A DNA stretch of 64,000 nucleotides from Podarcis gaigeae. Its lineage: Eukaryota. Made by a program: the position numbers and the translations under genes. A model generated the notes under the pieces. That model saw only the letters and a program-made list of their open reading frames with translations. It was not told the DNA's origin and ran no database searches. Where the stretch lies: NCBI GenBank assembly GCA_964106915.2, contig OZ066919.1; one strand, 5' to 3'. Positions 37,189 through 50,283 of the stretch are shown here, piece by piece. Position 1 is the stretch's first letter, and each line of letters starts with the position of its first letter.

Positions 37189-37449
37189 GTAAGCAGGATA
37201 CCCCTTGCAGTGTCTGCCCACTATAGCTTTTCACCTTTTCTTGGTAGATGGAAATACTCCAGGCTCTTAAAGCAAGTGTTGAGGCCTGTCTGAACCTCCA
37301 CAAGCAGCTGCTTTTCTTCTAGTTCTACTTCTTTCAGGAGTTGTGTTGCCTATAGGCATGAACTTCTGTTCGTATTTGTTTCTGTTAAGAAATGGAGTAT
37401 CAGTGCCATAGGCTACTCCAAATGTCTTGAGGGGGAGAGGGGAAAAGAG

Positions 37450-37594
37450 CAGTGTTTTTTCCCTTAAAAATGTTTAGGGGTACTCTCACTTTCCTATTCA
37501 TATTGAAATACTGCTCCTCAATAAGGTCAAACTTAGATTCACAAAATGTTTAGGGGTATGCGTCCCCCCGTGTCCCCCCAGAAAAGAACCACTG
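37450..37594. mobile_element. hAT MITE
   Basis: CAGTG...CACTG ends, 8-bp TSD gaaaagag/ggaaagag. Confidence 0.8.
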
Positions 37595-39049
37595 GGAAAG
37601 AGTGTTGGGCACAGTTAGCGCTATCAGGTGCTTCCCCTGACAGATAAGACAAAGAATATTTCCTAGAGAGTTGCACGGAGCAGAGATTTTCTACCACGCT
37701 GAACCCTCAATGAAAAGTTCATTGAGTACAAACAAAAGAGCAGTTGACCTTTGGGAGCTTCTGATTTATAGTGATCTGTAACATATAGTAACATGCCTGA
37801 ACAAACAGACCTGCAGGTTTGGAATTTAGAAGTGGGAAATGCCTAAGTATGAACATATAGCCTGTTGCTTTCCCCCTGCTGTTTGAAACTACTTTGTGAG
37901 CTGCCCACTGTACATCATGATAAAATGGCTAGACCTTTGCTTTATTTTGAAGGGTCCATGTGAACTAGAGTCATACTTTCAAAGGGCTGAAGTTTTTCCT
38001 TCCTGGTGGAAGATAGGTGATTTACCTTTTTGGGAACTAATTGCCATAGCCCCAAAGGCACTTCCCCAAGCCCTCTATGAGGGCTGAAAAAATTCCAGGG
38101 AGTCTGTAGTCACCAGACTCCTAGAATTTTGATTGGTAGCACCATGGAACTGGACAAAACACATGGCATGCATGTGGGACTGATACATAAAAATTCACAC
38201 CTATCAAAAAATGTGTGAAATTTTGTTTTCCACCCTCAAACCTGCCTACTCCTTCCTTTCATTTCTGTCTTTATGTATACATACCTCTCAGGCAGCCTGT
38301 GAACAGACAATACATTTTCCTTCAGGAGCACGACCAGTGTTGCTGCTGCAACGTATTTGTATTTATTTTCCTGTGACCATCCTGGGCATCTATTGGATAT
38401 GCCCAAGAGGAATAATAAAGTTTCTTTACCTGCTCTATATGCTTGACTAGTTTTGGAATTGGGCTGTGATTAGCATCATAGATTGCACCTGACAGTCTCA
38501 TTTTTATTCTCCCCTGATATCTCTCAGAAAGGTGACTGTTTGCATAATGGTCTACCTTACATCTCGTCATTTTCTAGCCCGACCTAGTGGCTTTCCCCTG
38601 ACAGTGGGATTGTAGGAAAAACCAATCTTTTAAAAGGGAATTAGACCAATTCATTTACAATAAAGCTACTAGTCATAGCGGCTACAAGCAGCCTGCACAG
38701 AGCCAGCAGACGTCTGAATACCAGTTGCTGGGGACTAACCATAGAAAAGAACTATTGCCCTTATGTCCTGCTTGTGGTCTTCCCCTGAGTATCTGGCTGC
38801 ATAATGTGGGAAGCACAATGCTGGACTAGATAGGCCTTTGGTCTGATCCATCAGGAGATGGGTTCCTTAAGTCCAATACTGATTCATTTGGACATTCTTT
38901 TTTCTTCTTTAAAATTCTCTTATGTGCACATTGGACTAATTATTATCTGTGATGCAGTTAATAACACTGATTGTGTCTGTATCTCTTTTGATCCACTATG
39001 CCTGGCACAAACAGTTATTCCAGTTAGATGCCAAAAAATGTGACTTACA

Positions 39050-40000
39050 TCCTAAGTAGACTCAATTCATTCCTTGAACTCTGAGGCAAATCAGTAGGGA
39101 AAAGAAGAATTGTCCTTGTATCTGAAAAAAATGTTCCGCATGCTCAGTCATTGCTGTGTTTGGCTCTTCCGATATTAAGAAAATCATTTTACATAATTGA
39201 TATGCTCTTAACATTTAAAATCACAAGTTCTTTTGCTTTTGCTCAAACAGTTGAGGTGTGACAGATATCCCTTAAGGTAGCCTGTGCCATATCCACCTAA
39301 GGCTTTAAAATTAAACTTGATACCTTCAGCTACACCGGGAAGCAAACGAGAAGCAAGTATAAGTTTTAAATCTCTGATATAAAATGCGTCCAATAATTCA
39401 TTGCTTTCGAATACTTGAACAATCGCATTTGGTGTCTTCTGATGTTTCTCAGTAGTCTTAAGTTTTTAAGAGTTCTTAATTGAGCCAAGATTAGGCATCC
39501 GTGTTTCACTTTCTAATCCATTTATAGGTGTCCCTGCCTAATCTGGAAAGCTTATGGCTATGCAATTTACCATCCAAGGGTTGAGAGAAAAGGTCTTGTA
39601 AGGTCTAATCTAAAATGTCTGTTGGAAAAAGTATAAGCTTATAAGGGATTTCAGTAACTTGAGGATGAAGGACTTGTTAAACTTGTCCACAAGACAACCA
39701 TCTTCTAACATGGTTCCAGCATAGGACTGAAAGGTAGTATTTAGCTTAACATTAGAATAAATCTCCCAAATCTTCATCTAATTGAATGAAAGCTCATGCC
39801 ATAATAAACCAGTTAATCTCTGAAAGCTGCAGCCTTTTTGTTTTCTTGCTTCTATGTTAGGCGATTAGAACATCCTGCCTGAGGATATTGTAAATATATT
39901 CTTCCTCAATGGGATCATTCCATATCAAGTGATCCAACTTTTAAATCTCATGTCATCTAATTTTCTTAATATTTTGTACACTTGTTGAATGATCAAATCT
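39050..40000 (-). mobile_element. Decayed L1-clade ORF2 remnant
   Basis: A-rich - strand with a degenerate RQGCxxS-like motif near 39860-39885. Confidence 0.35.
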
Positions 40001-40051
40001 AAGTTTAAATCTAAAATTTTAATTTTTTATCTCATCCCATTTTTGAGTTAT

Positions 40052-41366
40052 GAGGGTTTGAAATTTCAAAAATTTGACAATTTTGGCCTTCCCAGACTTA
40101 CACAAAAACCTTAAACGCTCAGCCCAAGATTGAGATATGTCAAGACCTAAAACACCAATCTCTTCAGAACTTCATGGGCCTTAATATATGTCACATGATG
40201 AACTTACTCTAAATTTTAAATTTAAGTTACAAAATTTTAAAGTGATTAAAAAAATAATATGATTTTAAAATTCCAAAAAATTGTACAGTATTGATCATTT
40301 AATATTTCTAAGAGCTACCTGCAGAATTTCATCTTGGGATCTCAATGGGATTACCTTACAAAAAAATTTTTTTGTATATACATGTCTGCCTTATTGGGTT
40401 CTATTTAGGATAAATGGGTCTTCTCAAAGAAAAATATAACAGAATAAACAAGGCCACAACCATAATATTAGTTGCTTCAGGCATTTCATTATAAAGTTAT
40501 ATATAGTCAGGCTTTTCTTTTAAAAATGTGTTCCAAAGCTGAGTGATAGCTTGCTATTGTATGATAGAATTAACACTTTGAAAGAATTATTGTTAGTACT
40601 TTATTTCATGAAGCACAACAAAATACATATCAAACAAAATTATGACACGGCTGGAACTGTTTAACTGGTTCTGAGATAACATCCCTTCTATCCAGTTCTT
40701 ATTTTCAACAAATGAGTACAGAAAAGAAGAAATGTTCCTGAAAGATGCTTTGAAAGAGTGAAAGTAGTCAGGGGAACACAAGGATTTCATTGCTACATCC
40801 AGTCCAACAGAAATTGTGACCAATGTGTACTCCTTTAACAATGAGAGTGAGAAGTTTGACAGTGAAGGAGGTACAAAATCTCTGGATATGACTGAGATAA
40901 CTGGGTATGTGACCTGTGGATACAATAAAACATGTTGCTTAACTTATATGCTGTTGGTGGACTATGAAAGTGAAGAAGCAACTGTGACCTCCTTACACCC
41001 GCCAGGGCCAGCATCATCATTTGTTTACCCATCTAGTCAGGATGTACTTAAGTTAGGGTGAGCACAAGTTCCAACAAGCATTGAACCAAGGACTGCAACA
41101 CTTTGACAAAAAATGAAACAACCAACCAGTGCTCTTGAAAAGCGTTTGGTGTAAAGTATAATGTTTTCAGCCCCATTTAATGTGTAAGAATCCCCCTCTC
41201 TAATTTTGTTTGATATGCATTTTGTTGTAGCTCTTATAAATATTAAATAATACATTTACCGGTAACAAAAATTATATTAATTTTTTAATTGCCTTTTAAC
41301 TTTTTAAATTTTGTAACTTACATTTTATATTTTGAGTACACCATGTGACATATCATATTAAGGTCC
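40052..41366 (+). mobile_element. Sola2-like DNA transposon relic (internal deletion derivative)
   Basis: Inverted repeats ~40177-40266 and ~41267-41366 enclose transposase C-terminal-like peptides IMTRLELFNWF*DNIPSIQFLF, GTQGFHCYI and GYVTCGYN...SLHPPGPASSFVYPSSQDVL; possible GAG left terminus. Confidence 0.55.
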
Positions 41367-42681
41367 TAGTCCAACACTTTTACCATTTCTAGCACATAGC
41401 TCATTTTCAGGCATGAAGGCAATCAGTAGCAAGCAACATTCCTATAGGTGGCGGTGCAGTCTCTTGAACCTAAAGATAAATTTAACTGAATTTAAGGAAA
41501 TGCTTATTTAGCTTAAAAAAACAAAGTTATTAGCCAAAAAGTAAAGTACAAGTCAGATGCTCTACATGCACTAGTGTCTGATCACAGGGTTGATGATTAG
41601 GGCAATTTTCGTTTTGGCTACAGGAAATTTGTCATGAACAATTCTTTGACGGTTTAAACATACAAGTTGCACAGGCTCTCTGTTGCCATGCAAGGCCCAG
41701 AGAAAGAGTTTGAAGTAAAATTTGTCACTTGCCTTAATCCCTTTGTGTATACATCCTTACCAAATTTGGACTTAAGAAAAAAGGTGTGAAAACATTTTTC
41801 TTTCTTTCCCTCTTCTCCCTCCCAGTTCACAAGGAGACTTCACATTCCCAGAAATTAAGATGATACAAGATGGGCTATTGATCAGTTAGGGGACATATTT
41901 GTCTATCTGTTAGACTAAATCTTAAAAGCAATCATGCAACATTCCATCACACTTTACTTCTTTACTTAGGGTAAAGAAACAGAAACCAGGATATGGTTAT
42001 GCAGGAAGGAGTATGGTTTATATACAGTATGTGTGGTGTCACCAGGGAAGAAATGTAAAGCACTGCATTTGAGTAGGGAGGGAAGATTAGAGCACCAACA
42101 TGTTGCTGGAGAAGAGAAGGGATTCAAGGGAATAGTTGGGGCAGTGTTCAGGGGAGAAAGCCAAGGGTGGTGGTGGGAGTGCCAGAGAGATGCAACAAAA
42201 GGGCAGGGGATAAAAAGAATGAGAACCAGGGCGTATTGGATGGGCATAAAGAAGAGAGTCCTGGTAAGAGTTTTAGGTTGTGTTGAGGGCAGGATAGAGC
42301 TGAGTTGAAGGGATGGGGAGAATGATGGAGGATGGAGCTAAAATCTCTCCCTTCCCCCCATGACATTTCACAGTCATTTGCTAGCTGGCAAAACACAGGG
42401 CATTTTTAATTTAGATCCATAACATCAGAGATCTAGCTGTATCAACAACTATTCTTGGGATGTTTCTGCAGTTGCCGTTATATGCAATCAAGAAAAGAGA
42501 CTTATCATTTCAAAAAGGATTCTAAAATGTCTCAAAATACCTGCTACTCCTAGATTTGTCAAGACTTGGATTCAAGCTTTTCCTGTGCCATGGATTCCTC
42601 AAGATGGTATTGGGAAAACAGTTACAAGAACATGAGATGAGCCTTACAGGATCGGAACAAAAGCCTGCTAGTCCTTTAATG

Positions 42682-42817
42682 CAGTGTTTCCCAACCTTGT
42701 GCCTCCAGATGTTTTTGGCCTACAACTCCCATCATCCCTGACCACTGGTCTTGCTAGCTAGGGATGATGGGAGTTGTAGGCCAAAAACATCTGGAGGCAC
42801 AAGGTTGGGAAACACTG
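42682..42817. mobile_element. Young palindromic hAT MITE
   Basis: 58-bp perfect inverted arms, 20-nt spacer, perfect 8-bp TSD ctttaatg. Confidence 0.95.
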
Positions 42818-43134
42818 CTTTAATGCTCTATATGGATTAGGATGCAGGTATTTGAAGTATTACAAGGTGAAGTTTACTAAATGGCATTGAACAGAAGTGT
42901 TAGTGGTAAAGAATGTATAGTTCATTGCCATCACCATTGCAAGGTGCCTTCACATAGGTTTGTGGTTGGTCAGATTTGTCATGGGTTTTTCTCCGTTTGT
43001 GTTCATGTTGCCTTCCCAACTGACTCATCACTACCAGCTAGTGAGATGACGTGTGTGAGTAACCATGTCTTCAGCATGAGATACTCTAGATTTTAAAGAT
43101 CCACTACAGGAGCCTTCTTCCCAATGTTCTAGAT

Positions 43135-43246
43135 CAGGCATGTACAACAGGTCGATTGCAACTCTGGGCAATGACAATGGGTAGATCACTGTCAGTTTTT
43201 TTATACCGGGAGTAGATCACAGTCTCTTGGGAGTTGGATATGCTTG
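43135..43246. mobile_element. hAT MITE nested in an older hAT MITE (~43107-43342)
   Basis: CAGGCATGTACAAC / GTTGGATATGCTTG ends, perfect 8-bp TSD ttctagat. Confidence 0.85.
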
Positions 43247-46168
43247 TTCTAGATAACAATTCATATCATTCCTGACCATTGGCTGCTCTGACTAGAGTTG
43301 GAGTCCAACAACACCTGGAGGGCACCAGGTTGGGAAAGGCTGCTTTCACAGAACTTCCAGCCATGTTAGCTAGTAATTCCTCCAGAGTTATTAGAAAATG
43401 ATCAAAATCCATCAAAACCCAGTGTTTTATTTATCAATGCCTTGATGGGAAACCACTGGAAATGTAATGAAAACTGCTTGGGTCTTTCCAAGAAAGATGA
43501 TAAAATTATGTATTAAGTTTTAGTGACAGGCCATTCATGGGATGGCTCATGAATTTTGGAAACTGATTGCAGTGCATATAGTCCAGTTCTAGCAGACTAT
43601 TATATCTTCCTGTTTCTGTTAATGGAGCTTGCTACTATAATTTTTCTCTAAAAGCACTATTATTAATAACTAGCATAACGCCTGTCATGATGATTGGTGT
43701 GTGCCTGCAAAGGAATTGTATACTGCATACTTTCTACATGTGTGCCTTGTGGGCAGCAATTCACTTGTATAAGAAATGCACATGAATACCATTGGAGAAG
43801 GGGCTGAAAATGTACCCTGCTTCTCAGTGTCGTGCGGTGAATTCTTTTCATAGGGGACAGTTAGGGCCAGAGGCACCAGTATGTGAGGCTGATTCAGGGG
43901 GTCAATGTCCTGATGCCCCATGTGTGGGCATCACACCTCCCTCCTTAATCTGGGCAGAAGCTTCCTGGGCTTTGGAAAGGAAGCGCCAGGCCTCTGACAG
44001 GATGCTGGAGCCCTGCTGCCTCATTCCCAAAGCTGGGCAGGCTTTGAGAAGGTGGCTGGAGGGCCCTGCACCTCATCCAAGCATCACAACCCACCCCCCA
44101 AGCCGGGCAGAAGCTTCCTGGACTTTGGGAAGGAGGCACTAGGCTTTAATAGTCTAATATACCAAGAACATTTAGCCTAGTCCCCCTAGTCCATTGACCA
44201 CACACCACTGCTGCTTCTACTGACCCAACATTGAGAAGCAAGCCTGCTCCTGTATCTAGCCCAGCACCTTCGTTTATATAGTTTCTTTCTGGATTCTGTT
44301 TCTTGGTCACTTTAAAAATATGCTGGAATGTTGTGAATTGGGTTTTCTGCATTTGCAGATGATGAAATCTTAGACTAATTTCTACTCTTGAAAGTCAGGA
44401 ATATTAAAATTAACATGAAGCTTATTGGATCCTTTCCCATTAACTTGTCTGAATCCTCTTACAGACTGCCATATCTAATATGCATGTATTCAAGCTAGGC
44501 CTCTAGTGTCTCAGTGAAAAATCAACATGCACACAGGAATTTTTCTCCTCCTACAACAGTATCTTAATTTGTATGCCGAACTACAAAGCAGTGATAATTC
44601 AGGATGACTGCATAAATGCTGTTCCCTTGTTTGCATTCTGAAGCTCAGGAAACATAGCGACAGGCCCAATCGGTTCCCTTCAAGCTATTTCAAATGCTTC
44701 ATCAAGTGGGTGGGTGGGTGGGCTCCCGGCACAGTTCTTATTTTGGTTGCCTGTTTTGAACTCTGTTTGGTTCAGCCTTGCCCTTTCAGAAGTAATCCCT
44801 GCAGCTGTTAGAATTTACCAATTGGAATTTACTTTTGTAAGGCCTCCAGTTTAGAGAAGGGACAATGAGGAAGGGCTGGCTGGCTGGGAAGTGTCTGCTG
44901 TTATTTTAATTTCCCTAGCCGCCTTCCTTAACTACCTGCTTTGTTGTGCATATCTTTGTGTTGCCAGGGAGGTTCTACACCCCTAGCACAGACATAATCA
45001 TAGCAGCTTCTGTAACAAATGAGTCCATATATGTCCCTGTTGTTATAAAAAGCAAAACAGTAGTTATTGAATACTTTTGTGGGAAACATACTTCATGCTC
45101 ATTTTGAAGATTGCATTGACGGGCACCTTTGACATTGTTCCCTGGCTGGGACAACAATACTTTGACTTACTTCCGTTTTTTTAGATGTGTAGCCTGCCTC
45201 ATACCAAATGCTCAGGGCAAATCACAGGATTTATTTTTTAAATAGTTCAGATATTGTTACTTGCTAGAATCATTTTTACAAGGCATTGGGTATAGCAGAA
45301 AAGGTGAAGAAAATCTATTGAACATTGAACAAGTGATAACCTGTCTCACTGCCCTACTTCATCCTGTCTTAGGGTATTTTGAGGCGGGTTTAGCTTTTCA
45401 TTGGTTCTAATTAATGCAAGGCTCATTGGTGTGTGACCCACACCAGTTCCTTAGGGATGCTGCGTGGAGTATGTGTGTATCAGAAGTATCAATAATCTAT
45501 AAAGAAACATTGACTAAGAAGTTATCTGATGCTCAATACATAGATCTTTAGAGGGCCAAGATAAACAAGGAATTCTCCTCTACACAATCACCTTCATGAC
45601 TGAGATAGTTTGTATTAAAACTATTTTACCCTACCTAAAGATCCCCAAGCTTAGGACTCTTGGAAGCTAAAATTATTTCAGGAATAGTCCATAATGGAAG
45701 CAAAAGCTAATCTGAAAGGAAACAGTAAGAAGTGCCTGCAAATTTCTTTGTTGTGTTTAGTTTTATGATGTCTGAGTTCTACTGCTAAAAAAGTAGATGC
45801 CCACATTGCATATTTTTAAAGAGGGTATTCTGAATTTTGCTGGATGTGGGAGGAAAAAACAACAAAAAACTGTATATCTGCACTACTGTGATTCACATAC
45901 GGCAGCAGCTGGCATGTAAGTCTCAAGCTGTTTTCTGTCCAGAAGATACACTTGATTGCTGGCATGTTGCACTGCTTTAACTGATTGTAATGAAATGCTT
46001 TACCTGCTGTTTCTGCTTTCCTTAATTGGTACAAAGGGGAGCAGGTGAGAAGTTCTGGTGGAACCAGTACTGCCTTATTAGAATGCATTGGGATGGCAGT
46101 TTTGATATTGGCTTTGCAGATACATAAGCTGGCTGGGTGACAGATTAGTCTGAATATCATTTATTATA

Positions 46169-46395
46169 CTGTGGTACCTTGGGTTACAAAGGCTTCGGGT
46201 TACAAACACTTCGGGTTACAAAATTCACTAATCTGGAAGTAGTACCTCGGGTTGCAAACTTTGCCCCAGGTTGAGAACCGAAATTGTGCGGCATCAGGAG
46301 GCCCCATTAGCGAAAGCGCACCTTGGGTTAAGAACAGTTTTGGGTTAAGAACGGACCTCCGGAACGAATTAAGTTCATAACCCGAGGTACCACTG
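46169..46395. mobile_element. Tigger-type MITE, copy D
   Basis: TA-CTGTGGTACCTT...GAGGTACCACTG-TA. Confidence 0.85.
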
Positions 46396-46711
46396 TATGT
46401 CAAAGTACTGTAATTCACTAAACAGAGCCTTTGCTTACCTTTGAAGTGTCACAAAAACCCACCAAAGATCCCAGAATGAAAGGTTGTAACACTTTTCTGT
46501 TGTTCCTAATTCTGATTGTTGTTTTGATGACTTTCATTCTCTTTTGTGTGACAGCCCATTTTTGGTAATACAAGGGGATCCTCTTGGGTGCATGTGATGC
46601 AGCCATGTTTTTTCATGCAGATACTTCTTTTCTTCATAAAAAAGCTAACTTAAAGCTGCGGAATCTGAGGAAACCTGGCTCCGCATGATTGTAAATGTGA
46701 TTGCTTTGCAG

Positions 46712-46813
46712 GAATTTGCAACACTGACTAGGGAACTCAATGCATGCCGAGAGCAGCTGTTGGAAAGGGAAGAGGAAATATCTGAACTGAAAGCAGAGCG
46801 TAATAATACAAGG
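46712..46813 (+). CDS. PPFIA4: Liprin-alpha-4 coding exon 2 (34 aa)
   Basis: tttgcag|EFATLTRELNACREQLLEREEEISELKAERNNTR|gtgagt. Confidence 0.95.
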
Positions 46814-47649
46814 GTGAGTAGAGAAGCCCATTTGGCTGCCTGGTTTGAAAGAAACACCCCCTGCACCTTCAAAGGGAGTGTTTTTTAAAACAATCAAGCT
46901 GTATATAAATTTTATGAAACAAACACAAATAGATAAAAAAATCTTGGTTTGACCTAGGCTCAAGGTATGCCAGCATAGTTCAAGTTCTCTTGGCTGTGCC
47001 AGAGGTATCCAGTTTGCCCTCTCGATAAGGTTTAATAGGATAGAAGGCTTTTTTATGGAATTTCCCACCCAGTGAATAGAGTTTGATAGGAGACTTATAT
47101 TCTTGATTGAATGGGGAGGGTTTAGCATAATCTCTGTAAAATCCAATTTAATTTCTATAGAATGTTGCTGTTTTTTTATTCTTATTCCAGTACAGCTTAT
47201 GTTTATGCCTGCAGAGACCATTCAGTCCTCTGTCACCAACTATCTTTGCCCTACATCTCAACAATCCTGAGCCTCCAGGTGTGCTAAGAAACCTCAGCCT
47301 GCAGCATCCCCATTACTAGTGTGCAGATTTAAACTTGCCCCTTCTAGGGAAATAGCTTTGTGCACACTTCCAGAATTTGCCTGTTACTGGACCATTTCTG
47401 CATAGCGCCCACCCTTTACTGTTCAGATCCTTTTTCTGGCATGCTCTTTAAGTGCTGCAGAAATCAAGTTTTGTGATAGCCCTAGGTCTGGGATTATAAG
47501 GGAAAGGCAAATCCTTGACTGGCAAAAAGCCCTTGCTGATTGCTATACTCGACTATTTTTGCCTGCTGAACCCACATCCATCACCAACATTGCCTGCATC
47601 ACCAACATTTGGGAACAAATGTGAACATCGCTGATTAGATTCTTGAAGT

Positions 47650-47808
47650 AGGTAGGTAGCCATGTTGGTCTGACACAGTCGAAATATATTTAAAAATTCT
47701 CCAGTAGCACCTTAGAGACCAACTAAGTTTGTTCTTGGAGAAGTGTGCATGCACTCGAAAGCTTATACCAAGAACAAACTTAGTTGGTCTCTAAGGTGCT
47801 GCTGGACA
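47650..47808. mobile_element. Penelope fragment with inverted arms and a truncated hammerhead
   Basis: 38-bp arms 47701-47738 and 47768-47805 (one mismatch); loop AGAAGTGTGCATGCACTCGAAAGCTTATA lacks CTGA. Confidence 0.75.
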
Positions 47809-48252
47809 TATATATATATATTCTTTAATGACATACATCACACTTGTTCCGAATGTACATCATTAGTTAATTTAAAGCAGCTTGCTGCTGATGTTAGCAG
47901 GAGATAGCTGTTTTTAAGAGAAATGAAAATGTCTTGAGAATGCATTGCTTCCTATGATGTGTACATACATTTTTTGGTCCAACTTTTGCTTGTGGTACAA
48001 CAGGCTGTTTTTTTATTGTTATTACAAAAACCTGATTATCTGAGGCAAAAGTGACAAGGGAGTCTCTTTCAAAATGCTTTCAGCTCTGAAAAAAAAAGTC
48101 ATTTGTGTCATCATAGTTTTGTTTGAGCAATGTGTTTATGAGTGCTTTTTGTTAGAGATTCTGGCAAAGTTATTTCAAGTCATGCTCATGGCAGAAATTG
48201 CCTGCTAGTAAAACTTGGCTACTTTTTTTTTTTGGTTACACTCTAATATTAG

Positions 48253-48546
<294 letters not shown>

Positions 48547-49191
48547 TAGCTTCAGCAAAACCAGCTATTTATAACCCACAACCTTTAAGTTCCTGGTCTC
48601 TAACGGCCCAAAGTATTGCTTTTGGTCAGTGCTAGCTTGCAGATCTCCCATCAACTTTCTGGTTATGAGTAATTTCCAGCCTGAGCCAATCATTTGCCCT
48701 TTGAAGAATGGTCTCAAAAATTACTGCTTTGCATCCTAGAAATATGTTAGCAGGATTGAATCTGTGCCAATGCTCCTTTGAAGGAGTATTCTAGCCTTCC
48801 ACTCTCCCAACCCCAGTTCAGCAATACACCCAGTGATATTGTTATATGGTGTTAGTGTAGTAGCTCTTCCAAGTCAGGCAGATCTCTGCTGAGATCCTTT
48901 TACGCTTATTCTAATTAGCAGGTTAACTCAAGATTCCAGGCTTTAGCCCACTTCATCATACCTAGTGTTTCTTGTTGCTTGCAAATCTAGCTGAGATGCT
49001 GTTCTTCTGGAGCCACGTACTGTTCTTTTGTGCCCTTTCACGTGATGAGGGGAGTGTGGTTTAATTGAATTATCTGTGTTCTGAACTAGATGTCCTGATG
49101 ATTGGGAGCAGGGGTGGTGGTGGTAGGCCACAAACTGCTTGAAGGGCTGTGTATCAACTCGGCCTTTGAAAATATTTTTTTTTCTTTTCAG

Positions 49192-49266
49192 GTGAGAGAG
49201 CGCTTACGGGCAGCACTGGAACGAGTAGCTACACTAGAGGAACAGCTTTCTAGTGCTCACCAACAG
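49192..49266 (+). CDS. PPFIA4: Liprin-alpha-4 coding exon 4 (25 aa)
   Basis: ttttcag|VRERLRAALERVATLEEQLSSAHQQ|gtaaat. Confidence 0.95.
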
Positions 49267-50181
49267 GTAAATATTGGGTTTCAGATTGTACTGTGGATTT
49301 CACAGAGGTGAAATCAAAGAAACTAAGACTGATTGCAGAAAAAAATGTATCTGCAGCACTATGTGACATGCGATCTTTATAATTTTGTTTCAGTTGTTGG
49401 ACTTGTGACACAAACTCCTGTATATTTCTCTCATATTTTCTTTAGACAAGAATCCCTTTTTAAATATTCCTCTAAAGCTATTTTATACTGATATAAGGAA
49501 TTTTGGTAACAACCAAGGTAAACTTGAAGCGATTGTTATGAGAGATTATTAAAATAATTGTGGAAAGCTACCCAGGCTACATGGGGTTTTGTAAATGGAA
49601 AAAAACAAAAAATGTACAGGAAGGGGGAGGAAGGACCAGTTGCTAAGAAGCACACATTGCAGCAGCAAACATATGTCGAGAGAATATTGCAAGGGGGGGG
49701 GGGGTCAAAAAAATTGCTGTAAGTAATGTGACCAGGTAGCAGAAAGAAAAAAAAATATGTTACAAGATTAAAGGTGAAAGGAAGATACAGGATACACCCC
49801 TGCATGTCACAGACCGGATGAGCTCATACCTCATGGCTTCTACTTAAAAAACATAATTGGACACATTAAATGTATTCATGCTTTTACAATATTGTGTGGT
49901 TGGGCCCTTACTTTCCAGGCTGGTCTTACACAAAAAGAAGTCAAATTACCTGTTACAGTGGCAGTTACCTCTGCTCCCACACTAAGTTATTGAATCACTT
50001 TGCATAGTAAAAATCCTGGCTTTTACAGAACTCTCCTTCATAAACATGTGCAACGACAGCTTCTTAACAGTGACAGCAACAATAGAAGGTGGACAAGAAG
50101 CTCTCTGCATGTTCTGCATTCTTATTTTTCACACTTAAGGAAACCTTAAGTACAAGTGTATATTTAAAATGTATTTTGCAG

Positions 50182-50283
50182 GTAAGTGCTCTTCAGCAAG
50201 GCCCCTCCCAGAGGGAAGCACCTGTAGGAGAAGATGATAAAAGGACTGAGGGAAAAGAATCTGGGCAGAAGCTACTTTGGAAG
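50182..50283 (+). CDS. PPFIA4: Liprin-alpha-4 coding exon 5 (34 aa)
   Basis: tttgcag|VSALQQGPSQREAPVGEDDKRTEGKESGQKLLWK|gtgaga. Confidence 0.9.

Noticed and set aside
46685-46711. In-frame ATG just upstream of the exon 2 acceptor
   Set aside because: Lies within the acceptor region, with poor Kozak context and no promoter evidence.
46634-47221. Longest ORF in the track (195 aa, - strand)
   Set aside because: Antisense to exon 2 plus intron; no recognisable domain, so most likely a chance ORF.
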